From Naegleria gruberi (lineage: Eukaryota): 64,000 nucleotides of DNA. The translations under genes were made by a program, and so were the position numbers. Location of the stretch: NCBI GenBank assembly GCA_000004985.1, contig GG738860.1; one strand, 5' to 3'. The notes beneath the pieces were generated by a model. That model was not told where the DNA came from, ran no database searches, and worked only from the letters and a program-made list of their open reading frames with translations. Position 1 is the stretch's first letter; each line of letters starts with the position of its first letter. Below are positions 22,811 to 32,539 of this stretch, piece by piece.

Positions 22811-23234
22811 ATGACTGAAGTTGATTTATCAAACCAACCAATTCCTGAAGTTGATATTGCTATGGAAGAACTTGCCCAACACAAGGGTGAAAATGATTTA
22901 CCAATCTGGATCGGAGTCAATGGTAAGTTTCATCATCACAAAAACTAACCACAAATTTCATTATCTAATTTTAATTTAATATTTTGTGATTTTAGGTTTG
23001 GTCTTCCAAGTTAACGAAGAAAAGAGACACATGTATCAACCAGGAACTGGATATAGTATTTTTGCTGGAACTGATGCTACTAGAGCTCTTGCCAAGTCAA
23101 GTGTCAATGCTGCTGATCTTGAACCATATGGAAGTTTGGAAGGTTTGACTGAGAAGGAAATGAATACACTCAATCAGTGGATTAGTTTTTACAAGAAGAG
23201 ATATGTCATTGTTGGTAAAATAAAGAAGGATTAA
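22811..23234 (+). CDS. Cytochrome b5-like heme/steroid-binding domain protein (MAPR / PGRMC-like). Two exons: 22811..22922 and 22996..23234.
   Basis: Exon 1 MTEVDLSNQPIPEVDIAMEELAQHKGENDLPIWIGVN+G with donor GTAAGT at 22923. A 73-nt intron ends TTTTAG at 22995. Exon 2 LVFQVNEEKRHMYQPGTGYSIFAGTDATRALAKSS...KKRYVIVGKIKKD*. The GxDATRA motif and surrounding pattern match the MAPR family (YGVFAGRDASRGLA). 351 nt, 116 aa. Confidence 0.65.
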
Positions 23235-25084
23235 AATCTGATGGAATCTTTAATAACCAGTTGACCTTTTTCTAAATATTCTTTAGTATCATCAATGTAG
23301 AAAGTAAGTATTTTTGGTAGGTTGTTAATCTCAATACGTGAATTTTCGTCTAGTTTTAATTTCGAAAGAATGAATTCTCTAAGCTGTGGACAATCAATCA
23401 CACAATTAAGGTGGACACTGGACTGTGAGATGAAAACAAATTTCAAAGCAGGATGTGGTTTGGTTATGAAAATTTTGGAACCTGCTTTCCCATCTGAAAG
23501 AGAAAAGTAATTTAACTGTGGTAGTATGGAGAGGTCGAAATGAACCTGACAAAGTGCTAAACTTAAGGAAGTCAACTTTTCGAATACTGGCACACTATTC
23601 AATTCCATAGAGAAGTAGAATGGTTGGGATGATCTAAAACTCAAATTAGATAATGTTTCAATATTCATATCCGATTTCCTAATCTCATGACTAAAGGCTG
23701 TTGTAAACCTGTTCATCTTAGGTTCGCCGTTCACAAAGCATTCATCATATGATATTGATTTGATATCATATTTTGTACAATCAATGATCATCTCCATTAT
23801 TGGTCTCCAACATTTAATTCTAATGTCTTTACAGTTGATTTTCATGATATAGTCCCATGCTGCTCTTTTCAATTTTCCATCATTCAAAGTAAGAACGACT
23901 TGTTTGATGGTATGAATATGCTCTAAACAAGCAGCATTGGTCTCAACTAACTCAATCTCGTCCACACTGTCTATGTGTATTTTAACTGAGGAAGGTTTTG
24001 GAGGTGGTACTAATTCTTTAACATGTTCTACCCTTACTATTCCATTCGGTACTCTTGCCATTCGGAATGATTCCAATCTGTCGATATCCACATGCACTTC
24101 TTCAATATTATCAAAACCAAGCTCCTCAATAGAATTCCACATATTCCTTTCAATCTTAACACATTGTAAACAACAAAATCTTGCTTTTACAACTCCAGCT
24201 ACAGGAAGGCATTCCAAGAGGGTTGTATCTATATTTTCTATATTCATTTGTTCAATATTGAGCTTGTTATTCCTATAGGTCAATGATTTAACAGATTTCA
24301 AGCTTAAGCTTTTCAGGTTTGGCAAAATTAAATCTGTCATTTCTAAATTTACGCATTCCAATTCCAAACCAGCCAAAACGTCAGATCTAAAAGTATTATT
24401 AATTGATATGGAATCACAATTCCAGGAAATAGAATAAATATGAGTAAATAGTTCAATAGGGATCATATTAGTTGTAGACAAAAATGAAAAGAATTTGAAA
24501 ATTTCCGAATTTCCTCTTATTGATTCATAATTGACGCAGTTAGTGAGCTCAAAGGTTTTAAAGTTCTTATCTTTAAACATTATCAAATCTGTTAGAGAAG
24601 AAAGAGAAAGATTCAAATCAGTAATATTCTCATTATCTAAAACTAGAGAAGCAATGGGTGCCAAATTATCTGAATATATTGAAAGACTGTTTAGCTTGTC
24701 AAATTTTAGACTTCTATTAGAAAGCTCATCGTTTTTAAAATCGTAATCCATCCAAACTAACTTTTCAATATTTTTGAAATCGTTCAAAATTCTTGTTAGC
24801 CAAGACTTTTCTTGACCATTTTCCACATAACTTGTTGGAACTTTTACCATCGTCAATTTCTTAACAACCTGACTTCCACCCATCACTACATTCAACAATT
24901 CCATCATTTCATCATAAGTTTGTGAAAATATTTCCTCATCAAGAATAGTACCAACATTTCGATGGTAAATAGAATCTGATAAATAATCCCATCTCAGATC
25001 AACAAAACATGTTTTCCACAATTCGTAATTTTCCTCTCTTATCACTCTTCTAAATGTTGAACAGGTGTGTAGGAGTGGTAACAT
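23231..25084 (-). CDS. Leucine-rich-repeat protein (FBXL-like), intronless, 617 aa.
   Basis: ATG at 25084. Repeated LxxLxLxxN/C-type LRR units throughout (KLNSLSIYSDNLAPIASLVLDNENITDLNLSLSSLTDL, LPNLKSLSLKSVKSLTYRNNKLNIEQ, and others). Confidence 0.5.
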   Translation of the reverse strand: MLPLLHTCSTFRRVIREENYELWKTCFVDLRWDYLSDSIYHRNVGTILDEEIFSQTYDEMMELLNVVMGGSQVVKKLTMVKVPTSYVENGQEKSWLTRILNDFKNIEKLVWMDYDFKNDELSNRSLKFDKLNSLSIYSDNLAPIASLVLDNENITDLNLSLSSLTDLIMFKDKNFKTFELTNCVNYESIRGNSEIFKFFSFLSTTNMIPIELFTHIYSISWNCDSISINNTFRSDVLAGLELECVNLEMTDLILPNLKSLSLKSVKSLTYRNNKLNIEQMNIENIDTTLLECLPVAGVVKARFCCLQCVKIERNMWNSIEELGFDNIEEVHVDIDRLESFRMARVPNGIVRVEHVKELVPPPKPSSVKIHIDSVDEIELVETNAACLEHIHTIKQVVLTLNDGKLKRAAWDYIMKINCKDIRIKCWRPIMEMIIDCTKYDIKSISYDECFVNGEPKMNRFTTAFSHEIRKSDMNIETLSNLSFRSSQPFYFSMELNSVPVFEKLTSLSLALCQVHFDLSILPQLNYFSLSDGKAGSKIFITKPHPALKFVFISQSSVHLNCVIDCPQLREFILSKLKLDENSRIEINNLPKILTFYIDDTKEYLEKGQLVIKDSIRF

Positions 25085-25376
25085 GTATTTTGCAATTTGT
25101 TCCCAAAGATTTGTGTCATCGAATAGTTTACCTGGAGGGTAAGTCCAAAGTCAATGGTGGTCAATGGGTATGTTGGAGGTTTCGACTTAGTTTGGATCTG
25201 CCAACATCAGACGGTTCCTTCAACAACCAAAGAGAATTCGAACAATCAATGGCTGAGCGGGCCACCAATGGCTGGGCGGGCCACCAACAACATTTCGCCG
25301 CACCAACAACATTTGGCCGCCTAAATTGCTACAGGTGTAGAGGTGGTAGCAGGGTCATTTGTTTAAATTCAAAAAA

Positions 25377-27482
25377 ATGGAAGACACTGATATTCAACGC
25401 TTTTCTGATGAATACTCTCGCAACAAACTTAAACTTCTTCGGGATAAAATTGTTCAGAAATTATTATTAAAGCAAGAATGGAATATGGTATTCGAAGAAC
25501 TTCCAGTGTTGACCAAAAAAAAGAAAACCAGAAAGCAAGCTAAAGATATTCGCACTATTGATCACATCAAAGAGGTACTCCTAAAAAGATTAGGGTATGT
25601 GCCTGTGTATATGTTTTTGAATTTGATGGCAAGTATTTGTGGAACTCCAGAGGGCCCCTATAGAAAATCTGAACTGTATTTAATTATTCTATACATGCTA
25701 GTTAAAAACAAGTCAGCTGATGAGTTGGATTCTTTAGAAATCATTCCATCAACATCCATAAGAAGAGTTGCTGATCAGATTTGGGATGATAATCGAGATG
25801 AACTTAATGTCAAAGTTGACCAATTATTGGCCAAAATGTTTTCCTCACACATTCTCAGAAGTGTAACAGCCAAATTGGAGAATGATAAGGATTTTTTGTT
25901 TGCAACCATGTTCCTTGATGGTCATGACACAAGAATTGAATATAATAACCTGGCCACCTATTCTAGATTTGATTATTGGTCTTTTAAATTCAAAAATTCT
26001 GGTTTAAGAACCCAGGTATTAATGGATGTTAATGAATTTACCTTAGCTGTATCCAAATCAGAAGCATGTAAGGCCAATACAGACATGAAAATGTTTACAA
26101 TTATGGACATACATAATAATGTCGATATGACAAATCATGATGTTGTTTTTTTGGATGGTGGTTACTTTTTAGGAATGAACGATTATGTTGAGAGTTTACA
26201 AGAAAAAGGAGTAGAGTTTGGACTTGACAATTTCCGTACACCTATTAGAAAATCAAGAAATATCCCTTTTGACGACTCAGAGGCTGCTTATAATGAGAAA
26301 TTTGGTGCCTTTCGAGGAACCATAGAGACTCTGTTTTCATTTTTGGCTGAGAAATTTGAATATTTTTCAAACAAAAATCATGCCTCTTGTGTTGCTGAAA
26401 TGGAGCAAAAGTGGAATTTACAGTTCAAAGTGTGTTTGTTATTGGTTAATGTTTTAAAGTTTTGTAAGAAGTTTAATGTTGAGACACAAACCAAGCACAG
26501 ATTGTGGATAAACAAAGAATTTGATTTTGAGTTCAATACTGACAAAAAGTTAATTCCAACACCGGTATTGCAAGAGCAATTACAATATTCCAGAGACTCT
26601 CTTAAAAAACAACAAGATTATTTGGATAGAGTGTTAGAGATGACAGAAGAAGAATTAGAAGAAGAACTTGAGCGTACTTTTAGTCTTTCTGATTTTCCAC
26701 AATTTAACCCCAGCCAAGATATTACAATATCCAAACCAAAATCAAATCCTCAATCAGAAATTCCACCTAGATCTCAAGTAAGATCAGAAACATCACAAAG
26801 ATCTCAATCAAGATTAGAAACACCACCAAGATCTCAATCAAATCCTCAATCAGAAATTCCATCAAGTCCTCAATCAAGAACAGAAATTCCACCAACATCT
26901 CAATCAAGATCAGAAACACCATCAACATCTCGATCAAGCCCTCAATCAGAAACACCACCAAGATCTCAATCAAGATCAGAAACATCACAAAGATCTCAAT
27001 CAAGATTAGAAATTCCACCAACATCTCAATCAAACCCTCAATCAGAAATTCCACCAAAATCTCAATCAAGATCAAAAACACCACCAAAATCTCAATCAAA
27101 ATCAAAAACATCACCAAGATCTCAATCAAGTCCTCAATCAAGATCTGAAACACCACCAAAATCTCAATCAAATCCTCAATCAGAAATTCCACCAAAATCT
27201 CAATCAAAATCAAAAACACCACCAAGATCTCAATCAAGATCAGAAACATCACCAATATCTCAATCAAGTCCTCAATCAGAAACACCACCAAGATCTCAAT
27301 CAAGATTAGAAATTCCACTAAGTCCTCAATCAAAATCCAAACGAAATCATCCAACAAAAAGGAAAGGATATTACTCACCGAATGATGAAGACGCAAAAAG
27401 AGTCACACTTTCAAAAGAATACCAAAAGGGTGTATCAGGTAACAAAAGAAGTAGAAAACCGCCACCCACTTTCGATGCTTAA
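25377..27482 (+). CDS. DDE_Tnp_4 (Harbinger/PIF/HARBI1-like) transposase-domain protein with a C-terminal array of about 15 copies of a 13-aa Ser/Pro/Gln-rich repeat.
   Basis: ATG at 25377; ORF-track start 25359 is TTG. Catalytic-triad context: ATMFLDGHDTRIEY (D1, cf. GVVDCIHVAI / AIDGTHI), VVFLDGGYFLG (D2, cf. LLGDSSF / LGDSGY), GAFRGTIETLFSFLAEKFEYF (E, cf. SVIEKTFRTLCSRFRCL). D1-D2 spacing is about 80 aa and D2-E about 54 aa. The tail consists of degenerate repeats (PRSQSRSETSQRSQSRLETP, PPKSQSKSKTPP, and so on). Confidence 0.6.
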   Translation: MEDTDIQRFSDEYSRNKLKLLRDKIVQKLLLKQEWNMVFEELPVLTKKKKTRKQAKDIRTIDHIKEVLLKRLGYVPVYMFLNLMASICGTPEGPYRKSELYLIILYMLVKNKSADELDSLEIIPSTSIRRVADQIWDDNRDELNVKVDQLLAKMFSSHILRSVTAKLENDKDFLFATMFLDGHDTRIEYNNLATYSRFDYWSFKFKNSGLRTQVLMDVNEFTLAVSKSEACKANTDMKMFTIMDIHNNVDMTNHDVVFLDGGYFLGMNDYVESLQEKGVEFGLDNFRTPIRKSRNIPFDDSEAAYNEKFGAFRGTIETLFSFLAEKFEYFSNKNHASCVAEMEQKWNLQFKVCLLLVNVLKFCKKFNVETQTKHRLWINKEFDFEFNTDKKLIPTPVLQEQLQYSRDSLKKQQDYLDRVLEMTEEELEEELERTFSLSDFPQFNPSQDITISKPKSNPQSEIPPRSQVRSETSQRSQSRLETPPRSQSNPQSEIPSSPQSRTEIPPTSQSRSETPSTSRSSPQSETPPRSQSRSETSQRSQSRLEIPPTSQSNPQSEIPPKSQSRSKTPPKSQSKSKTSPRSQSSPQSRSETPPKSQSNPQSEIPPKSQSKSKTPPRSQSRSETSPISQSSPQSETPPRSQSRLEIPLSPQSKSKRNHPTKRKGYYSPNDEDAKRVTLSKEYQKGVSGNKRSRKPPPTFDA
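26740..27340. repeat. Coding minisatellite, period about 39 nt with about 15 degenerate copies, encoding (S/R)QS(R/K/N)(S/P)(E/Q/K)(T/S)E(T/I)PP(R/K/T).
   Basis: Visible periodicity of TCTCAATCAAGATCAGAAACACCACCAAGA-like units. The reverse strand yields the artifactual ORF 26767..27396 (EILVVFLILIEIL...). Confidence 0.8.
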
Positions 27483-27940
27483 TGGTTTGGTTTGACTAGT
27501 ATTGGCTTTGTTTTGTTGGAGCGGCCAATTAATGTTGGCCCGGGCAAATAGGTTTTGGCGTGGCGGGAAACCATTGGCGTAGCGGGAAACTGTTGGTGTG
27601 GTTGGCTTTTATTTGCCCCACCAGCAACAATTTACAACTACAACAACCAAAAACAGTACCAGAAACCACCTACCACCACCAACACACACCATTTTGGAGT
27701 TACCCTCCTGACGGAAGAAAATAGGAAAAGATGTATGTGAGAATTTCACGAGGGAGGTGATCTAGTTGTTGAGACATTTTTTTTTAATCTATTATTTGGA
27801 AGATTCAACTTGGCATTGTAAAGCTCAACCATTACAAAAAAGTGAGAAGTTGAAATTCGAACAAAATCTGTAAAACACCAAAAAATAGAAATCATCACTT
27901 AGTTGTTATTAAATCCTTAATAAAAACTCATCAAAAAAAA

Positions 27941-29293
27941 ATGAAAAGAAAGAGTGAGAGTGATCACAAGACGGAAAAACTAGAAAAAATTCAGAAACTT
28001 TCCAATGACCACACCTCTCCGAATTTTACTACTAATTTTGAGTACTCGATAGCTTTGGCTGATGATCGTGATGATCAGGAATTTGGAATAACTGTTTCGG
28101 AAAGGGAGGAACAGATTGAAAGTAATTTAATTGTATCGTGCTCAACCTCAACGACTAATAATTATAGTAAAAGCAAAAAAGATGTTAGGAAGGAAAATAG
28201 AGTTTCGGATTTGATGATAATTGGAAAGGAAAATGTAAATATCAGCAATAGAAATATTTTGGAATATTCGGAAAATTTCAATGATTTAAATAATACAAGA
28301 AATTGTGTTTTTGCTAATGATGAATTACATGAAATATTTTCATTCTTACCAGTCGAGTATTTGGTAGACGTGTCACATGTTTGTGGACAATGGAGAGATT
28401 TGATTCATAACGTAAAATTATTTCACCACTGGAAAGATCACATAATTTCCAATGGTATATCTCAGTTCCACAAGAAAATCAGAAAGAAATATTCCAAGAT
28501 TATGCCTGTAAATTATATTGCAGATATTAGATTACAGTTATGTAATCATGCTATTTTTCTACTATTGATTTTAACCACATATGGATGTTATATAGCTAAT
28601 TGGGATTTTACTTATTGCTATATGTGGACTCTTGGAATCATTTTATGGATCCATGTTTCCTTCCATGTGTTTGAGTTAGAGTTTCGATCTCATTTGCAAC
28701 AAGTTAAACATGACATAGATAATCAATTATTATCACTTGATTTTTCAATTGAAATGAATGTCTTACCATGCTTTTTGAAAATAGCCTTGATACAAATCAT
28801 CAGTACACTCTCTATAGTGTCGACAGCACTCATTCTGATGTATTTAATTTGGAAAATAGAACAATTTAATTTCATTGAATTGTTGAATATTCAAGTCAGA
28901 ATTCCACTCCTTCTAATATTTTACGGTTTAACTAGATATCCCTTTTTACTTCTTACCAAAATTCTCCAAAATGGATTAGTTTCAGTTGCCAATTTTATAA
29001 CCACCTCCTTAGTGTTATACTTTGAGTGGATTATTATTCAGAGTCACCTTAATTTTCCAGAAAGATTCCTAATATTTGTGATTGTTACATTAAGATACTA
29101 TCTTTTCTATGATAGATGCGACATTTTGTACCGTTTGGCAAATCATAGAAGTATCCAAATTCATACCATGATGAGATTATCTCTTGTGTCATTCCCTCCT
29201 CTGAGCTCACTACCGATTTTAATTCACTCAAAATATTTTGGCTCTGAAGTTAGTGAATCCTATTTCTCATTCCTAACTGATCATATAATTTGA
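27941..29293 (+). CDS. F-box-like N-terminal domain protein with multiple predicted transmembrane helices.
   Basis: ATG at 27941. F-box-like motif LHEIFSFLPVEYLVDVSHVCGQWRDLI. The C-terminal half has several hydrophobic helices (AIFLLLILTTYGCYIANW, WTLGIILWIHVSFHVF, ALIQIISTLSIVSTALILMYLIW, LLLIFYGLTRYPFLLL, LVSVANFITTSLVLYFEWIII). Confidence 0.45.
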   Translation: MKRKSESDHKTEKLEKIQKLSNDHTSPNFTTNFEYSIALADDRDDQEFGITVSEREEQIESNLIVSCSTSTTNNYSKSKKDVRKENRVSDLMIIGKENVNISNRNILEYSENFNDLNNTRNCVFANDELHEIFSFLPVEYLVDVSHVCGQWRDLIHNVKLFHHWKDHIISNGISQFHKKIRKKYSKIMPVNYIADIRLQLCNHAIFLLLILTTYGCYIANWDFTYCYMWTLGIILWIHVSFHVFELEFRSHLQQVKHDIDNQLLSLDFSIEMNVLPCFLKIALIQIISTLSIVSTALILMYLIWKIEQFNFIELLNIQVRIPLLLIFYGLTRYPFLLLTKILQNGLVSVANFITTSLVLYFEWIIIQSHLNFPERFLIFVIVTLRYYLFYDRCDILYRLANHRSIQIHTMMRLSLVSFPPLSSLPILIHSKYFGSEVSESYFSFLTDHII

Positions 29294-29348
29294 TATCTGT
29301 ATGATCAAAAATCAATCTAGTTTATAACTTTCAAATTATCATTTTTTG

Positions 29349-29997
29349 TTAATTGGTACTATTTTCCAATTCAATATTGTTATATTCAACTAATTCAATA
29401 TTTCCATTTTCAGATATCCTTATTTTCAACCAAGCACAATTAGAAACCTTCCAACGATAACCCTTTGTATAATTAAAAGTATACATGATTGAGTTCAATA
29501 CACCACCGTGTGTAACAACAAGAATTCTGTCTCCATAAAGTTGTTTTTCTGAAACAATTTCTTTCAAATATCCTGTCAATCTTTCATATACTTCATTGTT
29601 TGATTCAATTCCTTCATCCCATCTGTGGTTAAGAAAATCTTCTTTATCTGCAGTTCTATGAGCCATCTCACTACTATTCTCCAATTCGAAAGCTCTCAAT
29701 TCACTCACCAATCTTCCTTCCCAACTTCCCATACCATTTTGAACAATATTCAATCTGTGGATATTTATCTCCAACAATAATTTGAGCAGTTTTGCTTGCA
29801 CGTTTCAAATCGGATGAATAAATTCTAGAAAAATTCAATGATGAAAATATATTATTTAATTCTCTTGCTTGTGATTCTCCCTTTTCATTCAATTCAATAT
29901 CAGTGTGTCCTTGTAATTTTCCCATTAAATTCCAATTTGTTTCTCCATGTCGGGTCAAATACACTTCACAATATGATGAAGAAGTTTCTTGAGCCAT
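29349..29997 (-). CDS. Histidine-phosphatase superfamily protein (phosphoglycerate-mutase/TIGAR-like) with an apparent +1 frameshift near 29770-29800. Either a pseudogene or an assembly indel.
   Basis: ATG at 29997. The N-terminal frame gives MAQETSSSYCEVYLTRHGETNWN (RHGE catalytic motif)...YSSDLKRASKTAQIIVGDKYPQ. It then terminates. The overlapping +1 frame (ORF 29349..29801) continues with RLNIVQNGMGSWEGRLVSELRAFELE...ILVVTHGGVLNSIMY. This matches the TIGAR pattern [23 protein letters not shown] and the conserved second His. No GT..AG intron of length 3n+1 is available at the junction. Confidence 0.55.
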
Positions 29998-30088
29998 TTT
30001 TTTGTAATGAATTTGAACGAAAAGAGATTGTAACCCAATAGACCTATCAAAATTAAAATAATTCAAGTTGTTTAATATATTACAAAGT

Positions 30089-31732
30089 TTATCGTTTTTC
30101 AATTTTATCATCAATAATAAGACCCCAATTACCAGCATGACAAATCCAAGTTAATTTCTTTCCTTCTAAAGCCATTTTGGCATACTTGGTCTTCTTTTCC
30201 TTATTTTGTTCAATATAGACGACGCCATCTACTCTGATATATCTGCATGAACTGTCATTCATTTGAGTTGCAAATGATAAATTATTAATAATCACATGAT
30301 CTTGATTTGGGTCATGAATAGTATTGTGAATCTTTAAAATGTCATCATCTGTTACAATGTAACCATCAGAGAATGATGATGAATCTTGTGGAGCCGTCGA
30401 TGTTGATGCATTTTCATCTTCCATTCTCATAGTTGGCTTAACAACTGTAATTTCACCTGAAGCAGCTCCATCAATATGAGCTTGCATTGTTGGATCATTC
30501 ATATTATGTTCAGTAGCTTCTCTATAAATTAAACCACAGAACATTTCAATTGTCTTTTCAAAATTATCTAATTTGTATGATGTACCACCTGTTTCTTCTG
30601 CAACTAATTTGTAAAATTCATGTCTTGGTTTTTCTAAATTACCACATTTCACTGCATGAATTTTAACATGATTATTATCAAATAAATTCTGTGCTTCAAC
30701 TTTCCAATCAATATTGAAACATTCATCTTGTAAATGAGGGAATGCATCACCAATTACAACTAATGAACGAATTGTATAACTATTCTCAATTGGAACCCAA
30801 GAAAGAGATTGAGCTTCCTTAATAACACATTCATAAAGTTCTGCATAATCATGACCATTTGTCTTATCAAGTGATTGAATAAATGAAACAATTTGTTCAA
30901 TATCAGTTGTGAAATCCAACTTGGACATGACATATGATCCACTATCCTTACATGATTCATAATCACCATGAGCAATTAAAGCAATTTCTAAACCACGAAT
31001 ATCATTCATTAATTGTTGACAAATAGTTTGTAACTTGAATTTCATATTATTAATATAATTTGTCATTGAAATTGTGGTATCAAATGAGAAACAAATTTGT
31101 ACAGATGGAACTCTTTCACTACCAGTTGTATCTAATTTGTGATTGTTACCAGGAATATAATTACAATGTTGTAGGATATTAGAAACTGAAATACCCTTCC
31201 ATGTTTTTGTAGAGTCAATTGAGGAGATTGACCATTTAGAAGCATCATCTGATCCTTTCAAAATATTATTTCCAGGTGTTTTTTCAATTAATTTGTCTCT
31301 GGCTTCAGATATCGAAGTAAAAACTTTAAATTTTGGATTGGAGAAATCATTGTATGGATTAACAGTTTGTACACTCGATGAAGAGGCACTTGATGATGGA
31401 TTTCTAATAGAATTTTTAACGAGCTCCTTCTTTTGTTTAGTAGAACTAGTTGATTGTTTAATTCTCTTCTGTGTGGATTGTGATGTGGAGATTTTTGCTG
31501 TTTGTTTCAATGAGGATGATGATGATCGTGTAGTTTTTGATGGTGAAGGAGATTTAACTGATGTCTTGGCTGGAGATGATTTGGATTTTGATTTGGATGG
31601 AGAGGAATAATTTCTTCTCAGATCAATTTCTCCAACGACATAATCTTCCAAGTAGCTTGGTAATTTGTGTGTTCTGGTTGGCTTGCTCATATTAATGTGT
31701 GTTGATTTTTTTTTGATTGATCTTTTCATCAT
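30089..31732 (-). CDS. vWA-like domain protein with Ser-rich N-terminal region, intronless, 547 aa.
   Basis: ATG at 31732. N-terminal 150 aa is Ser/Thr/Lys-rich. The central region ICFSFDTTISMTNYINNMK...IALIAHGDYESCKD...VVIGDAFPH has the beta-alpha spacing and a DxTxS MIDAS-like motif consistent with a von Willebrand A fold. Family assignment is tentative. Confidence 0.45.
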   Translation of the reverse strand: MMKRSIKKKSTHINMSKPTRTHKLPSYLEDYVVGEIDLRRNYSSPSKSKSKSSPAKTSVKSPSPSKTTRSSSSSLKQTAKISTSQSTQKRIKQSTSSTKQKKELVKNSIRNPSSSASSSSVQTVNPYNDFSNPKFKVFTSISEARDKLIEKTPGNNILKGSDDASKWSISSIDSTKTWKGISVSNILQHCNYIPGNNHKLDTTGSERVPSVQICFSFDTTISMTNYINNMKFKLQTICQQLMNDIRGLEIALIAHGDYESCKDSGSYVMSKLDFTTDIEQIVSFIQSLDKTNGHDYAELYECVIKEAQSLSWVPIENSYTIRSLVVIGDAFPHLQDECFNIDWKVEAQNLFDNNHVKIHAVKCGNLEKPRHEFYKLVAEETGGTSYKLDNFEKTIEMFCGLIYREATEHNMNDPTMQAHIDGAASGEITVVKPTMRMEDENASTSTAPQDSSSFSDGYIVTDDDILKIHNTIHDPNQDHVIINNLSFATQMNDSSCRYIRVDGVVYIEQNKEKKTKYAKMALEGKKLTWICHAGNWGLIIDDKIEKR

Positions 31733-32539
31733 TCAATTTCTGATATTTTATGGAAAATGTGTTCCCGCCAAAAAATAGTGAATTCGTTGATATTTTGGAA
31801 CATCCTGTAATGCATGAAAATACTAGAATTCAATTTCCATCATATGTTGTAACACCTTCCACTGTATTACTATTATTATTAACATTCGTGTTATTTGATT
31901 GTGAAGATGGTGGAGAAAAATCATGTGATATCCAATAATTCCACTCAATATTTCGGTTCACTTTATTCCACTTTCCAACGAAAATTTTCAAATGATGGAA
32001 TGCTTCTTGTTTCAGGAAACAAGGAAATGGATTAATAATATTAAATTAAACAATTATTTTCATGCCTGTTTTTGTAAAGCTAATTCATTTACCCGATTAA
32101 TTGTCCTCTTACAAAAAGCCCTATTCGAAACCTTGCTTCGCATATCCTCTATCCAATTATCTGACCTGCTCATTACAACATGAGGTTTCAAAATTGATTC
32201 CCACAACACAATTCAAACATCATGTTGTCCATCACCACTTAAAACATCTTACTAAAAAATTAAAAGAACCAAGTGGCTTGTTTTTGTGTTATTGGAGAGG
32301 ATGAAATCTATTGTTGAGAATCAGGTGATGAGGATCCGATCATCAACATCATTGACTAGATTTTGTATGTTTTGATAATGTTCTTCTTATTGATGGAGTA
32401 AATTGTTGGTTTTGTGTGGTTTTATTGTGTGATCAAATTGACTTCCGATCGTTACATGTGATGTTGATCAATACTTGTTGTTGTAACAATAATATTATAC
32501 AATAATTGAATTATTGATGATAATTTAAATCATATAGTA

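Larger units (their letters stand above)
25130..27720 (+). mobile_element. Candidate Harbinger/PIF-type DNA transposon. Boundaries approximate. Holds a DDE_Tnp_4 transposase gene flanked by GC-rich subterminal inverted/direct repeats.
   Basis: Left flank 25248-25320 has direct subrepeats CAATGGCTG(A/G)GCGGGCCAC x2 and CACCAACAACATTT(C/G)GCCGC x2. Right flank 27518-27600 has GGAGCGGCCAATTAATGTTGG and GGCGT(G/A)GCGGGAAAC(C/T)(A/G)TTGG x2. These are approximate reverse complements of the left motifs (for example CAACATTTGGCCGCC vs rc GGCGGCCAA-TGTTG). Both flanks are far more GC-rich than the surrounding intergenic DNA. Precise termini and target-site duplication are not resolved. Confidence 0.4.

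Noticed and set aside
25054-25470. 138-aa ORF reading through the GC-rich repeat block upstream of the transposase
   Set aside because: It has a TTG start, spans the subterminal repeat region and overlaps the transposase ATG in another frame. It is more parsimoniously non-coding terminal repeat sequence.
26740-27340. CRISPR-like array, because of regular about 39-nt repeats
   Set aside because: The repeats are degenerate, lie in frame inside a eukaryotic ORF, have no spacer/repeat alternation and no cas context. This is a coding minisatellite.
26767-27396. 209-aa minus-strand ORF (EILVVFLILIEIL...) overlapping the transposase repeat tail
   Set aside because: It is the reverse complement of the 39-nt coding minisatellite. 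Its open frame is a consequence of repeat composition, with an Ile/Leu/Val/Glu-only product and no start context.
29770-29800. Micro-introns (7-21 nt GT..AG) that would repair the PGAM-like frameshift
   Set aside because: Candidate intervals are far below the 41-nt minimum intron seen elsewhere in the window. None gives the required 3n+1 length while preserving both conserved blocks.
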